64,000 nt of DNA from an uncultured Gemmatimonadales bacterium (GCA_963741945.1 CAVUKA010000005.1:352001-416000), one strand, 5' to 3'. Shown: positions 48,630 to 59,131, counted from the first letter of the stretch. Program-made: numbers and translations. The notes: a model not told the origin generated them from the letters alone.

Positions 48630-49723
48630 CCCGCCACTCCACTCCCCAGGAGCACCCGTTCCGTCTCCTCCACCGTCCGCTCCGGCGAAAACCACTCGGA
48701 CACGCGGTACGCCAGCTCCCGCCTCATGGCTGCCGCCGTGGCGGCGTCGGCGCCGAGTGCCGAGCCGAGCGCCGCGGCCATGGCATCCGCGTCGTCCGGA
48801 GGAACGATCCAGCCTCCCTGGTTCCTCCCAGCCACGGGGCCAAGCGCATCCATCACGCCGCTCACGTCCGTGGCCACCACCAGGCACCCCGCCGCCATGG
48901 CCTCGAGCATCACGTTGGCCATCCCCTCGCGGCGGCTGGCCAGCACGAAGAGGTCTGCCCCGGCCAGCACCTCCTCCACGTCCGTCCGGAACCCGAGCCA
49001 GTGCACCCGCTCCGCCACCCCCAGCGCGGCACCCAGCGCCCGCAGCTCCGCGGCCGCCGGCCCGGTTCCGGCCACGGCCAGGTGCGCGGAGCCACCGCCC
49101 GCGCGTGCAAACGCGCGAAGCAGGATGTCGAATCCCTTCCGCTCCTCCAGCCGCCCCACCCCCACCACCAGCCTCGCCCCCGCCTCGAGGCCGAGCTCCT
49201 CCCGGATGGCGCCGGCTGCCGAGCCCGCCTGGCGGATCCCGTTCAGCACCACGTGCACCTCCCCGGCCGGGAACCACGGCGCCGATGCCAGCCAGGTCTC
49301 GCGGATCGCCCGTGAATTCACGATCAACGCATCGATGTAGTGGCGGAACGCGTGGATGTACTTCCAGCGGCGAGGCAGCGCGCGCTCGATCCCGAGCCGC
49401 TCCACGATCCGCGGCACCCCGGCGCGCCGGGCCGCCCATCCGCCCCAGAAAGAGCGCTTGAACGCGGAGAGAAGGAGCGCATCGGGCCGCTCGAGGCGGA
49501 GCATGCGGGCGAAGCCGAGCGCGTGGAACAGATCGGCGTCGCCGGACGGGCGGGCATGGGTGACGCGCAGCCCCGCGGCCCGCGCCCGCTCCGCCACCGC
49601 ACCTCCCCGGTGGCAGGACACGAGCACGTCGTGACCGCGGTCGGCCAGACCCTCGCCCACCATCATCAGCCACTTCTCGTTCCCGCCCCAGGCGCGGCTG
49701 TCACTCTGGACCACCAGCTTCAT
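48626..49723 (-). CDS. Glycosyltransferase family 4
   Basis: GGNE, GRLEERKG and SRREGMANVMLEAMAAG (EX7E) motifs. Confidence 0.92.
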   Translation of the reverse strand: MKLVVQSDSRAWGGNEKWLMMVGEGLADRGHDVLVSCHRGGAVAERARAAGLRVTHARPSGDADLFHALGFARMLRLERPDALLLSAFKRSFWGGWAARRAGVPRIVERLGIERALPRRWKYIHAFRHYIDALIVNSRAIRETWLASAPWFPAGEVHVVLNGIRQAGSAAGAIREELGLEAGARLVVGVGRLEERKGFDILLRAFARAGGGSAHLAVAGTGPAAAELRALGAALGVAERVHWLGFRTDVEEVLAGADLFVLASRREGMANVMLEAMAAGCLVVATDVSGVMDALGPVAGRNQGGWIVPPDDADAMAAALGSALGADAATAAAMRRELAYRVSEWFSPERTVEETERVLLGSGVAG

Positions 49724-49786
49724 CGATGGGCCCTCACCCCGCGGGCACGCAGCGGAGATCCCGCTCCGGCCCGTCCATCCGGTCCA

Positions 49787-50914
49787 TCAATTCTCCAGCC
49801 CGAGAAGAACGCGCTCCCATGCGTCCAGCATCCGCTCCTCCGAGAAGCGCTCCCGCGAAACCCGCAGCGCCGCCGCCCGCATGGCACGCATCCGCCCGGG
49901 CGATCCGAGCAGCGACGCGAGCGAACGGCCGATCGCGGCGGGATCGCTCCCCACGATCAGCCCCGGCGACGCGCCATCGGGCAGCGGCGCCAGCGCTTCG
50001 GCCGCTCCACTCACGTCGGTGCTCACCACAGGAAGCCCGGCCGCCATGGCTTCCAGCATGGCATTGCTCATCCCCTCCCGCTCCGATGTGAGCACGAACA
50101 CATCCATGGCGTCCAGTGCGGGCGCCACATCGGCGAAGTGCCCGGGCAGGTGAAGCCGGCCCGCCACCCCCTCCGCCGCGGCCAGGGCCAGCAGCGCGTC
50201 CCGCTCCTCGCCCTCGCCCACGATCAGCGCGTGCGTGTCCGGGAGCATCGCCAGCGCTCTGACCAGGCGGTCGTAGCGCTTCTGCACGGCCAGGCGCCCC
50301 ACCGACCCCACCACGCGCGCGGCAACCGGAATACCGAGCGCGTCCCGGAGCGCGCTTCCGCCCCGGGCGTCGGGCCTCGGGACGCCGGTGTGGATGGTGA
50401 CAGCCCGGCCGCGGAAGGGGGGCATCGTCGCCAGGAACCGCTGCCGCGTGGCCTCGGCGTTGAACACCACGGCGTCCACCCAGCGCCCGAAGACGAAGCG
50501 GTACTTTGCGTTGCGGGGCACGTCGGTCTCCAGCCCGACGCGGGCCACCACCCGCGGCACGCCCGCCAGCGCCGCCGCCAGCGTGACCAGCCAGATCTTC
50601 CGGAACGTTCCGACCACGAGGACGTCCGGGCGCTGGCGCCGGAGCTCAATGGCGAAGCGGAGAGCGTCGTGGACGGCGATGTCGCCACCCAGCCGGTAGC
50701 GGCGAGACGGGGTCCCGAGCTCCGCGGCCTCGCTCATCACGCGGGGGTGGTTGCAGTAGAGGAGGACATCGTGACCCCGGCCGCGCAGGCCGGCGAGCAG
50801 CCGGGCGAGGGCGATCTCGGCGCCACCCAGGACCGGGGCGCCATTGTGGGCGGTGATCCGGAGCACCCGGGCGGGGGCGGTCGGTGGCGCGGCGACATCC
50901 ATGACCGGTGGCAT
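49787..50914 (-). CDS. Glycosyltransferase family 4
   Basis: GGAE, GRLAVQK and SEREGMSNAMLEAMAAG motifs. Confidence 0.92.
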   Translation of the reverse strand: MPPVMDVAAPPTAPARVLRITAHNGAPVLGGAEIALARLLAGLRGRGHDVLLYCNHPRVMSEAAELGTPSRRYRLGGDIAVHDALRFAIELRRQRPDVLVVGTFRKIWLVTLAAALAGVPRVVARVGLETDVPRNAKYRFVFGRWVDAVVFNAEATRQRFLATMPPFRGRAVTIHTGVPRPDARGGSALRDALGIPVAARVVGSVGRLAVQKRYDRLVRALAMLPDTHALIVGEGEERDALLALAAAEGVAGRLHLPGHFADVAPALDAMDVFVLTSEREGMSNAMLEAMAAGLPVVSTDVSGAAEALAPLPDGASPGLIVGSDPAAIGRSLASLLGSPGRMRAMRAAALRVSRERFSEERMLDAWERVLLGLEN

Positions 50915-50915
50915 G

Positions 50916-52760
50916 TCAGGTGGGCAGTGGCCGGAGCGGGGTGTCGCTGGCGAACTGGAGCTCGTAGAGGCGACGGTACAGCCCGTCCCGCGCCAGGAGC
51001 TGATCGTGCGTCCCCTGGTCCTCCACGCGTCCGTTCTGCAGGACGACGATGCGGTCCGCCCTCCGGACAGTGGAGAGCCGATGCGCGATCACCAGCACGG
51101 TGCGATCCGTCATGAGCCGCTCGATGGCATCCTGGACCAGCACTTCGCTTTCGGTGTCCAGTGCGCTGGTCGCCTCATCCAGGATCAGGATCGGCGCGTT
51201 CCGCAGCAGCGCACGGGCAATGGCCACGCGCTGCCGCTGCCCGCCGGACAGCCGGGTCCCGCGCTCCCCCAGCACCGTGTCGTAGCCGTCGGGCAGCTCC
51301 ATGATGAAGTGGTGGGCGTTCGCCGCCTGCGCCGCAGACTCCAGTTCTTCCTGCGTCACGTCCAGGCGGCCGTACGCGATGTTCGCCCGCACGGTGTCGT
51401 GGAAGAGCACCGTCTCCTGGGTCACGATGCCCATGAGGGAGCGGAGGTCCCGCACCCGCAGCTCGCGCAGGTCGCGGCCGTCCAGGCTCAGCCGCCCGGC
51501 AGTGGGGTCGTAGAAGCGGGGCACCAGGTTGGCCACCGTGGTCTTCCCCGCCCCGCTCGGCCCTACCAGCGCCACCACCTGGCCGCGGCCGATCTCGATG
51601 TCCACACCACGCAGCACCGGTTGCTCCGCTTCGTACTGGAACGACACGCCCTCCAGCCGGAGCGCGTCCTCGATCCCGGTCACCGGCAACGCACCCGGGC
51701 GGTCCTCGATCTCCGCTTTCGCGTCCAGCAGCTCGAAGCCGCGCTCCGCCGCGGCCAGCCCCGGCTGTACCACCGACGGCAGCTTCCCCAGCCACTTCAC
51801 CGGCGGCAGGATGCGCGCGGCCATGACCGTGAACGCCAGGAACGCATCCGGCTGGAGCGTGCCGCGCACCAGCACCAGTCGGCTGCCGTACCAGAGCACG
51901 GCCAGCAGCGCGGACGCCACGATCATCTCGTTCGCCGACGGGAAAACCTGGCGCCACCGCTCGTTCCGCACCGCCGCCTTGTACTGGCGCCGCGTCAGCT
52001 CACGAAAGCGTGCCGACTCGTACGCCTCCGCCCCCGTCGCCTTGACCAGCCGGATCCCGCCCACCGTCTCCTGGATGTGCGACGACACTTCCCCCACCGC
52101 GTTCCAGACTTTCAGCACGCCCTTCCAGATCCGGTCCCGGAACTTGTTCCACAGCCCCACCATGAGCGGCAGGGCCACGGCGGTGAGCAGCGTCAGCTTC
52201 CACGAGAACGCGATCAGGAAGCCCAGGAACACCAGGGTCTGGATGGCGTTGGACAGCCCCTGCGCCAGGTTCCGCGTCACCAGCGTGCGCAGCTGGTCGA
52301 CGTCGTTGGTGATCCGCGAGATGATCTGCCCCGACTTCGTCCTGAGGAAGAAGCCCAGGTCCATCGACATCAGGTGCTCGTAGATCTGGTTGCGCAGGTC
52401 CCGCGTCACCCGCTGCTCGATGACGGCCACCGTGTAGGACTGGATGTAGAGCGCGATGTTCTTGAACAGGAACGCCGCAAACAGTAGCAGCAGCACGTTG
52501 CGCAGCCCCGCCATGGGGTCGCCCGTGGGGATCAGCCCGCCCACCACCACGTGCAGCAGGTCGAAAATCCGGCCGTGGCGCCCCGCGAACAGCGACACGC
52601 CCCCGCCCACTCCATCCCCGAACAGCATGTTCAGGAACGGGATCAGCATCACCATGCTGAACGCGTCCAGCGCGCTGAACACCACCATGGCGACCACGCT
52701 GACCACGAACAGCCCCACGTAGGGCCGCAGGTAGCCGAGGATTCTCAGGTACAGGCGCAA
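50916..52760 (-). CDS. msbA: ABC transporter permease/ATPase, MsbA-like lipid A flippase
   Basis: TM domain plus GPSGAGKT, LSGGQRQR, ILDEATSALD and IAHRLST; LPS context. Confidence 0.88.
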   Translation of the reverse strand: MRLYLRILGYLRPYVGLFVVSVVAMVVFSALDAFSMVMLIPFLNMLFGDGVGGGVSLFAGRHGRIFDLLHVVVGGLIPTGDPMAGLRNVLLLLFAAFLFKNIALYIQSYTVAVIEQRVTRDLRNQIYEHLMSMDLGFFLRTKSGQIISRITNDVDQLRTLVTRNLAQGLSNAIQTLVFLGFLIAFSWKLTLLTAVALPLMVGLWNKFRDRIWKGVLKVWNAVGEVSSHIQETVGGIRLVKATGAEAYESARFRELTRRQYKAAVRNERWRQVFPSANEMIVASALLAVLWYGSRLVLVRGTLQPDAFLAFTVMAARILPPVKWLGKLPSVVQPGLAAAERGFELLDAKAEIEDRPGALPVTGIEDALRLEGVSFQYEAEQPVLRGVDIEIGRGQVVALVGPSGAGKTTVANLVPRFYDPTAGRLSLDGRDLRELRVRDLRSLMGIVTQETVLFHDTVRANIAYGRLDVTQEELESAAQAANAHHFIMELPDGYDTVLGERGTRLSGGQRQRVAIARALLRNAPILILDEATSALDTESEVLVQDAIERLMTDRTVLVIAHRLSTVRRADRIVVLQNGRVEDQGTHDQLLARDGLYRRLYELQFASDTPLRPLPT

Positions 52761-52911
52761 TTCAGCGTTCCGCGTTGCAGCAATGGAGGATGCGGCGCTC
52801 CCGCCGCCTCACAGACCGCATTGTACCGCGCAGCCGGGCGGGGGGTCCAGTCCCTGGCGCCCGGGCGCGGACGATCGACCACGGTCGGCGAGCCGGAGGC
52901 CGCCGGCCGCG

Positions 52912-54465
52912 TCACCGCGGCGTCAGGGTGGTCACGGGCAGGATCATCTCCTCGGGCGTGGCGCCGCCGTGCAGGAAGGAGTTGCGGTAGCGCGCCTGGT
53001 ATTCACGGAGCTTTGTGGGATAAACGAAGAAGTAGTCCTCGAGCGCGATCAGGTAGTTCGTGGCCAGGCGGCCGGGCGGGAGCCGGAGCAAGCTCTCGTC
53101 GTTCACGGCCATCACCGCCTCCGCCTCCTCCGCGCGCAGGTCCTGGCCGAACTTGTACCGGAGATTGGCCGTCGCATCCCGGCGCGCGTAAACGGTCACC
53201 GGCCGCTCGCACAGGATGGAGCCGTGATCGGACGTCAGCACCACCTCCACGCCCTCGGCGGCCGCATCGCGCAGGATCCGGAGCGCGGCGGAGCGCTCGA
53301 ACCACTGCCGTGTGAGCGCGCGCAGTCCGCGAACGTCCCGGGCCACTTCCATGAGCAGCGAGGACTCGCTCCGCCCGTGCGTGAGGAGATCCACGAAGTT
53401 GAACACGAGGCTCACCACGGAGCCGTTCCGGATCGCGTTCCTGACCCTCGCCGCCAGCTCGTCCGCCTGCTCGTCCGTGAACACCTTCTCGTAATGGACG
53501 GGCAGGCTCTTACCCTTGAGCTCCGCGAGGTGCTCCCTGAACAGCTCGTCCTCGAACGCGTTCAGGCTCCCTTCGTCCGTTCCCCACCAGTCCGGCCGGG
53601 CGCGCGCGATCTCGTCCGGGTAGCGCCCGCTGAACAGCGCGTTGCGGGCGTACGGGGTGGCCGTGGGGAGGATGCTGAAATACAGCTCCTCCTCCATGTC
53701 GAAGGAACCGGCCAGCAACGGCCGCAGTCCGCGCCACTGATCGAGGCGGAGGCAGTCGATGATGACGAACAGCATCGCCCCCTTCCCCACGCGCGGCGCC
53801 ACCCAGCGCCGCACCACGTCCGTGCTCAACGGCGGCCGCTCCGTCGCGTCGGAGCGGAGCCAGTCCGGATAGGCGTCGCGGATGTACACGCCGAACTTCC
53901 GCCTCAGCTCCGTCTTGAGCGACCGGACCGAGTCGAGCAGCCCCGCCTCGCCCGCTTCCTCCAGCCGGAGGTCCCAGTCCACCAGCTCGGAGTAGATCTC
54001 GAGGTAGTCCCGCCACTCCGAGGCGCGATCCTTCGCCCGGGAGAGGCCGATGAAGCGCGCCGCGAAATCCTGCGCGGCCTGCTGCTGGCGCAGCTGTGAC
54101 CCTTCCAGAAGACGGGTCACCACCGACAGCACCTGCCGCGGCGATGCCGGCTTCACCAGGTAGTCGTCCACCTGCCGGCCGATCGCCTCCTCCAGCGTCC
54201 GGTCCTCCTCCGACTTCGTCACCATGACGATCCGCGCGTGCGGCTCCTGGCGACGGATCAGCGAGAGCACTTCCAGCCCGCTCCGCCCCGGCATCTGCTG
54301 GTCCAGCAGCACCAGGTCGTACGGTCCGCGCCGCAGGAGCTCCAGGGCGTCGTCGCCATTCGTGGTGGTGTCCACGCTGTAGCCGCGCTGGCGCAGGAAG
54401 AGAAGGTGCGGCTCGAGCAGCTCGACCTCGTCGTCGACCCAGAGGATTCGCTTTTCCGTCGCCAT
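52912..54465 (-). CDS. PorX-like response regulator: REC + PglZ alkaline-phosphatase-family domain
   Basis: ILWVDDE, LLDQQMPG, MVTKSEE, YLVKP (REC); IIDCLRLDQW, SILPTATPYARNALFSG, VDLLTHGR, TSDHG, FLHGG (PglZ). Confidence 0.9.
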   Translation of the reverse strand: MATEKRILWVDDEVELLEPHLLFLRQRGYSVDTTTNGDDALELLRRGPYDLVLLDQQMPGRSGLEVLSLIRRQEPHARIVMVTKSEEDRTLEEAIGRQVDDYLVKPASPRQVLSVVTRLLEGSQLRQQQAAQDFAARFIGLSRAKDRASEWRDYLEIYSELVDWDLRLEEAGEAGLLDSVRSLKTELRRKFGVYIRDAYPDWLRSDATERPPLSTDVVRRWVAPRVGKGAMLFVIIDCLRLDQWRGLRPLLAGSFDMEEELYFSILPTATPYARNALFSGRYPDEIARARPDWWGTDEGSLNAFEDELFREHLAELKGKSLPVHYEKVFTDEQADELAARVRNAIRNGSVVSLVFNFVDLLTHGRSESSLLMEVARDVRGLRALTRQWFERSAALRILRDAAAEGVEVVLTSDHGSILCERPVTVYARRDATANLRYKFGQDLRAEEAEAVMAVNDESLLRLPPGRLATNYLIALEDYFFVYPTKLREYQARYRNSFLHGGATPEEMILPVTTLTPR

Positions 54466-54544
54466 GGCTCGGGGGGTGCAGGGCTGCAGAGGGGGGCGGG
54501 TGCCGCCAATCTACGTCACGGCGCCGGTCGGTGCGATGCGGGCG

Positions 54545-55595
54545 TCAGCCGGCTCCCGCCCGCAGCCCGCGCTCGACGGCGGCCAGCACGTCGTCCACCC
54601 GCACCCGCGCCATCCCGTCCGGCCGATACTCCATGCTCGGAGGATAGTCCTCGCCCGGGTAGCGCGCGTACCCATCCACGACCAGGTCCTGGAAGCTGAC
54701 GATATGGACCGTAGCGCTTCGGGTTGGTATAGCCGTAGAGCCCCACCACGGGCGTGTCGAGCGCGCGCGCGAGGTGGAGCGGCCCGGTGTCGGGGCTGAC
54801 GACGAGAGGCAGTCCGTCCAGGAGCCAGGCCAGGCGGCGCAGGTCGTCTCCCAGCGCGTCCACCACCGTGGCGCTGGTGCGCGCCAGGATCTCGTCCGCC
54901 ATGCGACGCTCCACGGCCGACGGTCCGCCCACGATCACCGGCCGCAGCCCGAAGTCCTGCTCCAGCGCGTCCATCAGCCGGGCGTAGCGCTCGGGCGCCC
55001 AGTTCTTCTCCGGCTTGCTCGTCCCCACCACGATGCCGCAGCCGGGCCGGTCCAGGCCCTCCAGGAACGCCCGCTGCGCCAGCCGCTCCTCGTCGCGGAT
55101 CGGGATCCGCCATTCCACGGGGAACGGGTCGACACCCATGTGCTCCAGGAACTCGAAATACTGGTCCTGCACGTGCTGGACGGGGTGCGGCCGGATGCGC
55201 TCGCTGGTGACCAGCCAGTTCAGGTCCCGGGCGCGCGCCCGGTCGAAGCCGACCTTGCGGTCCGCCTTCGCCAGCGCCACCAGCAGGCCGGCCTTGGCGT
55301 AGACCTGGAGCGCCAGCAGGATATCGAAGCGGGTCTCCCGCAGCCTGGCCGCCGTATCGGCGAATGACCGCCACGCGCCCACGCCTCGGCGGCGGTGGAA
55401 CACCACCAGCCGGTCCACGGCCGGGTGGTCCCGAACCAGGAGGAAGGGGACGGGCTGCACCACCCAGGTGATCCGTGTCTCCGGCCATTTCCGCTTCAGC
55501 GCGTTCACCACCGGCAGCACGTGCACGGCATCGCCCAGCGCGCTGAGCATGACGATGCAGATCTCCGCCGGGGCGGCCGTGTTCGTGGGGGTCAT
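54545..55595 (-). CDS. Glycosyltransferase family 9 with an apparent +1 frameshift at ~54697
   Basis: SALGDAVH and SPDTGPLHLA motifs. The C-terminus homologous to the other GT9 (FQDLVVDGY...MARVRVDDVLAAV) is in a shifted frame ending at TGA 54545; length 1051 = 3n+1. Confidence 0.85.
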
Positions 55596-55707
55596 GGCGC
55601 CGGGAAGCTCCGGCCGCGGGCTCGCGAAGTCAACCGCAGCCCCCGGATGGGCGGACCTCGCCCGGTGTCGCCCGCACGGCCACCTCAGCCCGTCGCCTTC
55701 CTGACCT

Positions 55708-58149
55708 TCACTCGCTGCGCAGCGCCGCCGCCGGATCCACGGCCGCGGCACGCATCGCCGGGATCCAGCTGGCCGCCGCGGCGGCCCCGATCAGCAGCGC
55801 GGCCACGGCCACGTAGGTGAGCGGGTCCGTGGCGCTGACGCCGTAGAGCATGCTGGCCAGCAGGCGACTGGCGGCGAGCGAACCGACCACGCCGAGCCCG
55901 ACGCCCACGCCCGCCAGCATCAGCCCCTGGCCCAGGACCATTCCGCGCACGGCAGACCCCGCCGCGCCCAGCGCGATGCGGACGCCGATTTCCCGGGTCC
56001 GCTGGCTCACCACGTAGGAGACCACGCCGTAGATCCCGATGACGCCCAGCAGCAGCGCCACCAGCGAGGCGGCGCCGAGCACCACCATGGTGAACGAAGT
56101 CCGCGACGCCGAGCGTGCCACCACGGTCTCGAACGGCCGCGCGTCGGCCAGCGGGATGCGGGCGTTGAGCTCGCGGACCTCACGCCGCAGCACGGGCAGG
56201 AAGCGCGCGGGATCACCCGCCACCCGGATCACGAGGTCGCGCGACCGGACCGCCCCGGGCTGTCCGGGCTCCCCGACCATGGTGGGGTAGTAGACCATCT
56301 CTTCCGGATCGTCGGAAAGACTCCGGTTCCGCACGTTCCCCACCACCCCCACCACCTGCCACCACTCGCCGCCGCCGGGGCGCAGCCGCTTCCCCAGCGC
56401 GCTGCCATCCGGCCACCAGCGCTGCGCGAACGCCTGGCTGACCACCACGGCCCGGTAGCCGTTGCCCGCGTCCCCGTCCTCGAGCGTCCGACCCTCCACC
56501 ACCGGCACGCCCATCGCTTCGAAGTAGCCGGGATCCACCCACGCCCCGTGCGCGAGCGGCGGGAGGCCATTGGAGGCCATCGGCTGATCCTCGATGTCGT
56601 GCGCGAAGAAGCTCACGTTCCCCGTGAGCGGCGCCGCGCTGATCGCCCCCACCCCGAGCACGCCCGGCTGGCTCCGGAGCCGCGATTCCAGGGTGCGGTA
56701 GTAGTCGCCCACGACCGTTGCCTCCGGGATCTCGCCCGGCGGCACCGAAAGCCGCGCCGTGAGCACGCCCTCCGCCTGGAACCCGGGGTCCGCGGCGAGC
56801 AGCGCAACCATGCTGCGCACCATCAGCCCCGACCCGATCAGCAGGACCAGCGCGAGCGCCACCTGGATCACCACGAGCGCGTTCCGCACGCGGTGCCGTT
56901 CGCGGCCTGCCGTGCCGCCGTGGGCGCCGCCTTCCTTCAGCCGCCCCGACAGGTCGCTACGGGCGTAGCGGAGGGCCGGCACGGGGCCGAACAGCAGCGC
57001 CGCCAGCAGCGATGCCGCCGCCGCGAACGCCAGCACCCGCAGGTCAACGCCCACTTCCGCCGTGCGCGGCAGATCCGCGCTCGCCATCCGGAGCCCCGCC
57101 CCCACCGCCACCGTGGCCAGTCCCGCGCCGAGCGCGCCTCCGATCCCCGCCAGCACCAGGCTCTCGGCGAGGAACGGCCGCAACACCTGCCACGACCCGG
57201 CACCGATCGCCCGCCGGAGCGCCAGCTCCCGCTGCCGCCCCTCCGCACGCACAAGCAGCAGGTTGGCCACGTTGGCGCACGCGATCAGGAGCACGAAGCC
57301 CACCATCCCCAGCAGCGTCCACAGCGTCCGCCCGATGTCGCCGACCACCGACGCCTTCAGCGGCCGGGGGACGGCCTTGAGCTGCACTTCCCGCAGGAAG
57401 CCCAGCACGGGCCCGGCGTCCGGCCGCAGCTCCGGCAGCTGCTCGATCAGACCGCCCAGCTCCGAGCGCACGGCCTCCGGCGTCGCCCCGTCCGCCATCC
57501 TGCCCACACCGCCGAGCCCGAACGCGCCCAGCGGCGCCGTCACCGGGTCCATCTCCATGGGGATCCAGAGCCGCACCTCCGCCGCCGGGAAATGGAAGCC
57601 GGCCGGCATCACGCCCACCACACGGCGCGACACCCCGTCCACATCGACCGTTCGCCCGACCGTGGCCGGGTCCTCTCCGAACCGGCTCCGCCACAGCGCA
57701 CGGCTCAGCACCATCACCGGCTCGGCGCCCGGCTCGCCATCCGTCGTCAGCAGCGGGCGCCCCATGAGCGGCGCCACCCGCAGCACGTCGAACAGCGACG
57801 GTGTCACCGCCTGCCCGTCCACCCGCTCCGCCTCGCCCCCATCGCCCACGAGGTTCACCACCACGTCCCGGTACACCGCCACCGACGACAGCGTGCGCGC
57901 ATGGTCCCGGTACAGGAAATAGAGCCCCGGCGAGATCGGGAGCTGGTCCTCGCCGCCCCGTCCCTCGTGGTCCAGCGACACCAGCCGGTCCGCGGCCGGG
58001 TACGGCAGCGGCCGCAGCAGCACGCCGTCCACCAGCGTGAACACGGCCGTGCTCGCGCCGATCCCCAGTGCCAGCGTGAGGATCGCGGCCAGCGCAAAGC
58101 CGGGGCTCCGGGCCAGGCCGCGCCAGGCGAAGCGGAAGTCCTTCCACAT
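55708..58149 (-). CDS. ABC transporter permease, duplicated MacB-PCD/FtsX (ADOP type)
   Basis: DFRFAWRGL.RSPGF..AAILTLALGIGA, IACANVANLLL, QRTREIGVRIALGA and DPAAALRSE motifs. Confidence 0.93.
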   Translation of the reverse strand: MWKDFRFAWRGLARSPGFALAAILTLALGIGASTAVFTLVDGVLLRPLPYPAADRLVSLDHEGRGGEDQLPISPGLYFLYRDHARTLSSVAVYRDVVVNLVGDGGEAERVDGQAVTPSLFDVLRVAPLMGRPLLTTDGEPGAEPVMVLSRALWRSRFGEDPATVGRTVDVDGVSRRVVGVMPAGFHFPAAEVRLWIPMEMDPVTAPLGAFGLGGVGRMADGATPEAVRSELGGLIEQLPELRPDAGPVLGFLREVQLKAVPRPLKASVVGDIGRTLWTLLGMVGFVLLIACANVANLLLVRAEGRQRELALRRAIGAGSWQVLRPFLAESLVLAGIGGALGAGLATVAVGAGLRMASADLPRTAEVGVDLRVLAFAAAASLLAALLFGPVPALRYARSDLSGRLKEGGAHGGTAGRERHRVRNALVVIQVALALVLLIGSGLMVRSMVALLAADPGFQAEGVLTARLSVPPGEIPEATVVGDYYRTLESRLRSQPGVLGVGAISAAPLTGNVSFFAHDIEDQPMASNGLPPLAHGAWVDPGYFEAMGVPVVEGRTLEDGDAGNGYRAVVVSQAFAQRWWPDGSALGKRLRPGGGEWWQVVGVVGNVRNRSLSDDPEEMVYYPTMVGEPGQPGAVRSRDLVIRVAGDPARFLPVLRREVRELNARIPLADARPFETVVARSASRTSFTMVVLGAASLVALLLGVIGIYGVVSYVVSQRTREIGVRIALGAAGSAVRGMVLGQGLMLAGVGVGLGVVGSLAASRLLASMLYGVSATDPLTYVAVAALLIGAAAAASWIPAMRAAAVDPAAALRSE

Positions 58150-58195
58150 TGAATGCACCTCGGGATGAAGAATGCCGGCGGACGGTGCACCGTTG

Positions 58196-58221
58196 GATGC
58201 ATCATCCCGCTCGAGGGTTGC
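58196..58221 (-). promoter_or_regulatory. Candidate ECF-sigma promoter
   Basis: GCAAC-N16-GCATC, ~46 nt upstream of the permease ATG. Confidence 0.35.
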
Positions 58222-58262
58222 CGACGATCCCGACCCGGGGCAGCTCCGGTCGCCCCCGAGCC

Positions 58263-59108
58263 TCAGCCTCCGTAGCCCGCCTCGAACGCGGAACGCGCAC
58301 CCGCCGGCAGCGAGCGCCCGGTCCGTCGCTCCCACTTCCGGGCGGAGCGCCAGAACCGGTCGATCATGCGACGCCGCCCGGCCGCGCCCACCGGGCTCCC
58401 CAGCCGCGCGCCGTCCAGATCGATCACCAGCGCTTCCGGGCCACCGGCCTCATCCACGATCAGGATGTTCTTGAGATTGAGATCCGGGTGGCGGACACCG
58501 GCATCGTGAAGCCTGCGAATCAGCCGCCCCGCCGACTCCATCGCCGCCGCCCGCCGGGCTGCGATGACGCCGGGTGCTCCCGCGTCGGCGGATCCCGCCC
58601 ACAGCCCTCCCTCCGCGGACGCGCCCTCGAAGAGCACGCCTGCCAGGTCGCGTGACCGGGGGATCCATTCCGTGACCAGGTCGCCCCGATACCAGATCCC
58701 GGCCGGGTACACGGCCGCGCCCACCGGCGCCGGCGAGGGGATCCCCAACTCCTGCAATCTGGCCGAGACGCGGAACTCCCGGATCGGCCTCGGGATCCCG
58801 AGACGCAGATAGCGGTCGCCCAGGTGGCGGGCCACCGCCCCACCCCGATGATAATGCCTCACCACCCATTTCCCGGCGCCGCCACCCGGACGGCCCACGA
58901 CGTAGACGGTGCCACGGCCCTGGAGCGGGCGAGCGTCCGGACTGCCGGCCGCCGCGGCCATGAGCGAGCCGGCTGAAGCGAGCCACCCCTCCAGGACGGA
59001 ACGGGCTCCGGGACGCGCAACGAGTCTGGTCAGCGGCTTCTCCTCTCCCGGCCGGGAACGCCTGGATTCTCCCCCTCCCTGTGCGGCCCCCGACGGGCGG
59101 GCAGCCAT
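58263..59108 (-). CDS. kdkA: Lipopolysaccharide kinase, Kdo kinase-like
   Basis: GRGTVY, VVRHYHRGG, HPDLNLKNIL and LVIDLD motifs; start uncertain. Confidence 0.82.
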   Translation of the reverse strand: MAARPSGAAQGGGESRRSRPGEEKPLTRLVARPGARSVLEGWLASAGSLMAAAAGSPDARPLQGRGTVYVVGRPGGGAGKWVVRHYHRGGAVARHLGDRYLRLGIPRPIREFRVSARLQELGIPSPAPVGAAVYPAGIWYRGDLVTEWIPRSRDLAGVLFEGASAEGGLWAGSADAGAPGVIAARRAAAMESAGRLIRRLHDAGVRHPDLNLKNILIVDEAGGPEALVIDLDGARLGSPVGAAGRRRMIDRFWRSARKWERRTGRSLPAGARSAFEAGYGG

Positions 59109-59131
59109 CTCCACAACGCTACGCTCGCGCG

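Noticed and set aside
52912-54465. BREX phage-defence system suggested by the PglZ domain
   Set aside because: PglZ is fused to a REC domain (PorX architecture), and no brxC, pglX or brxL is nearby.
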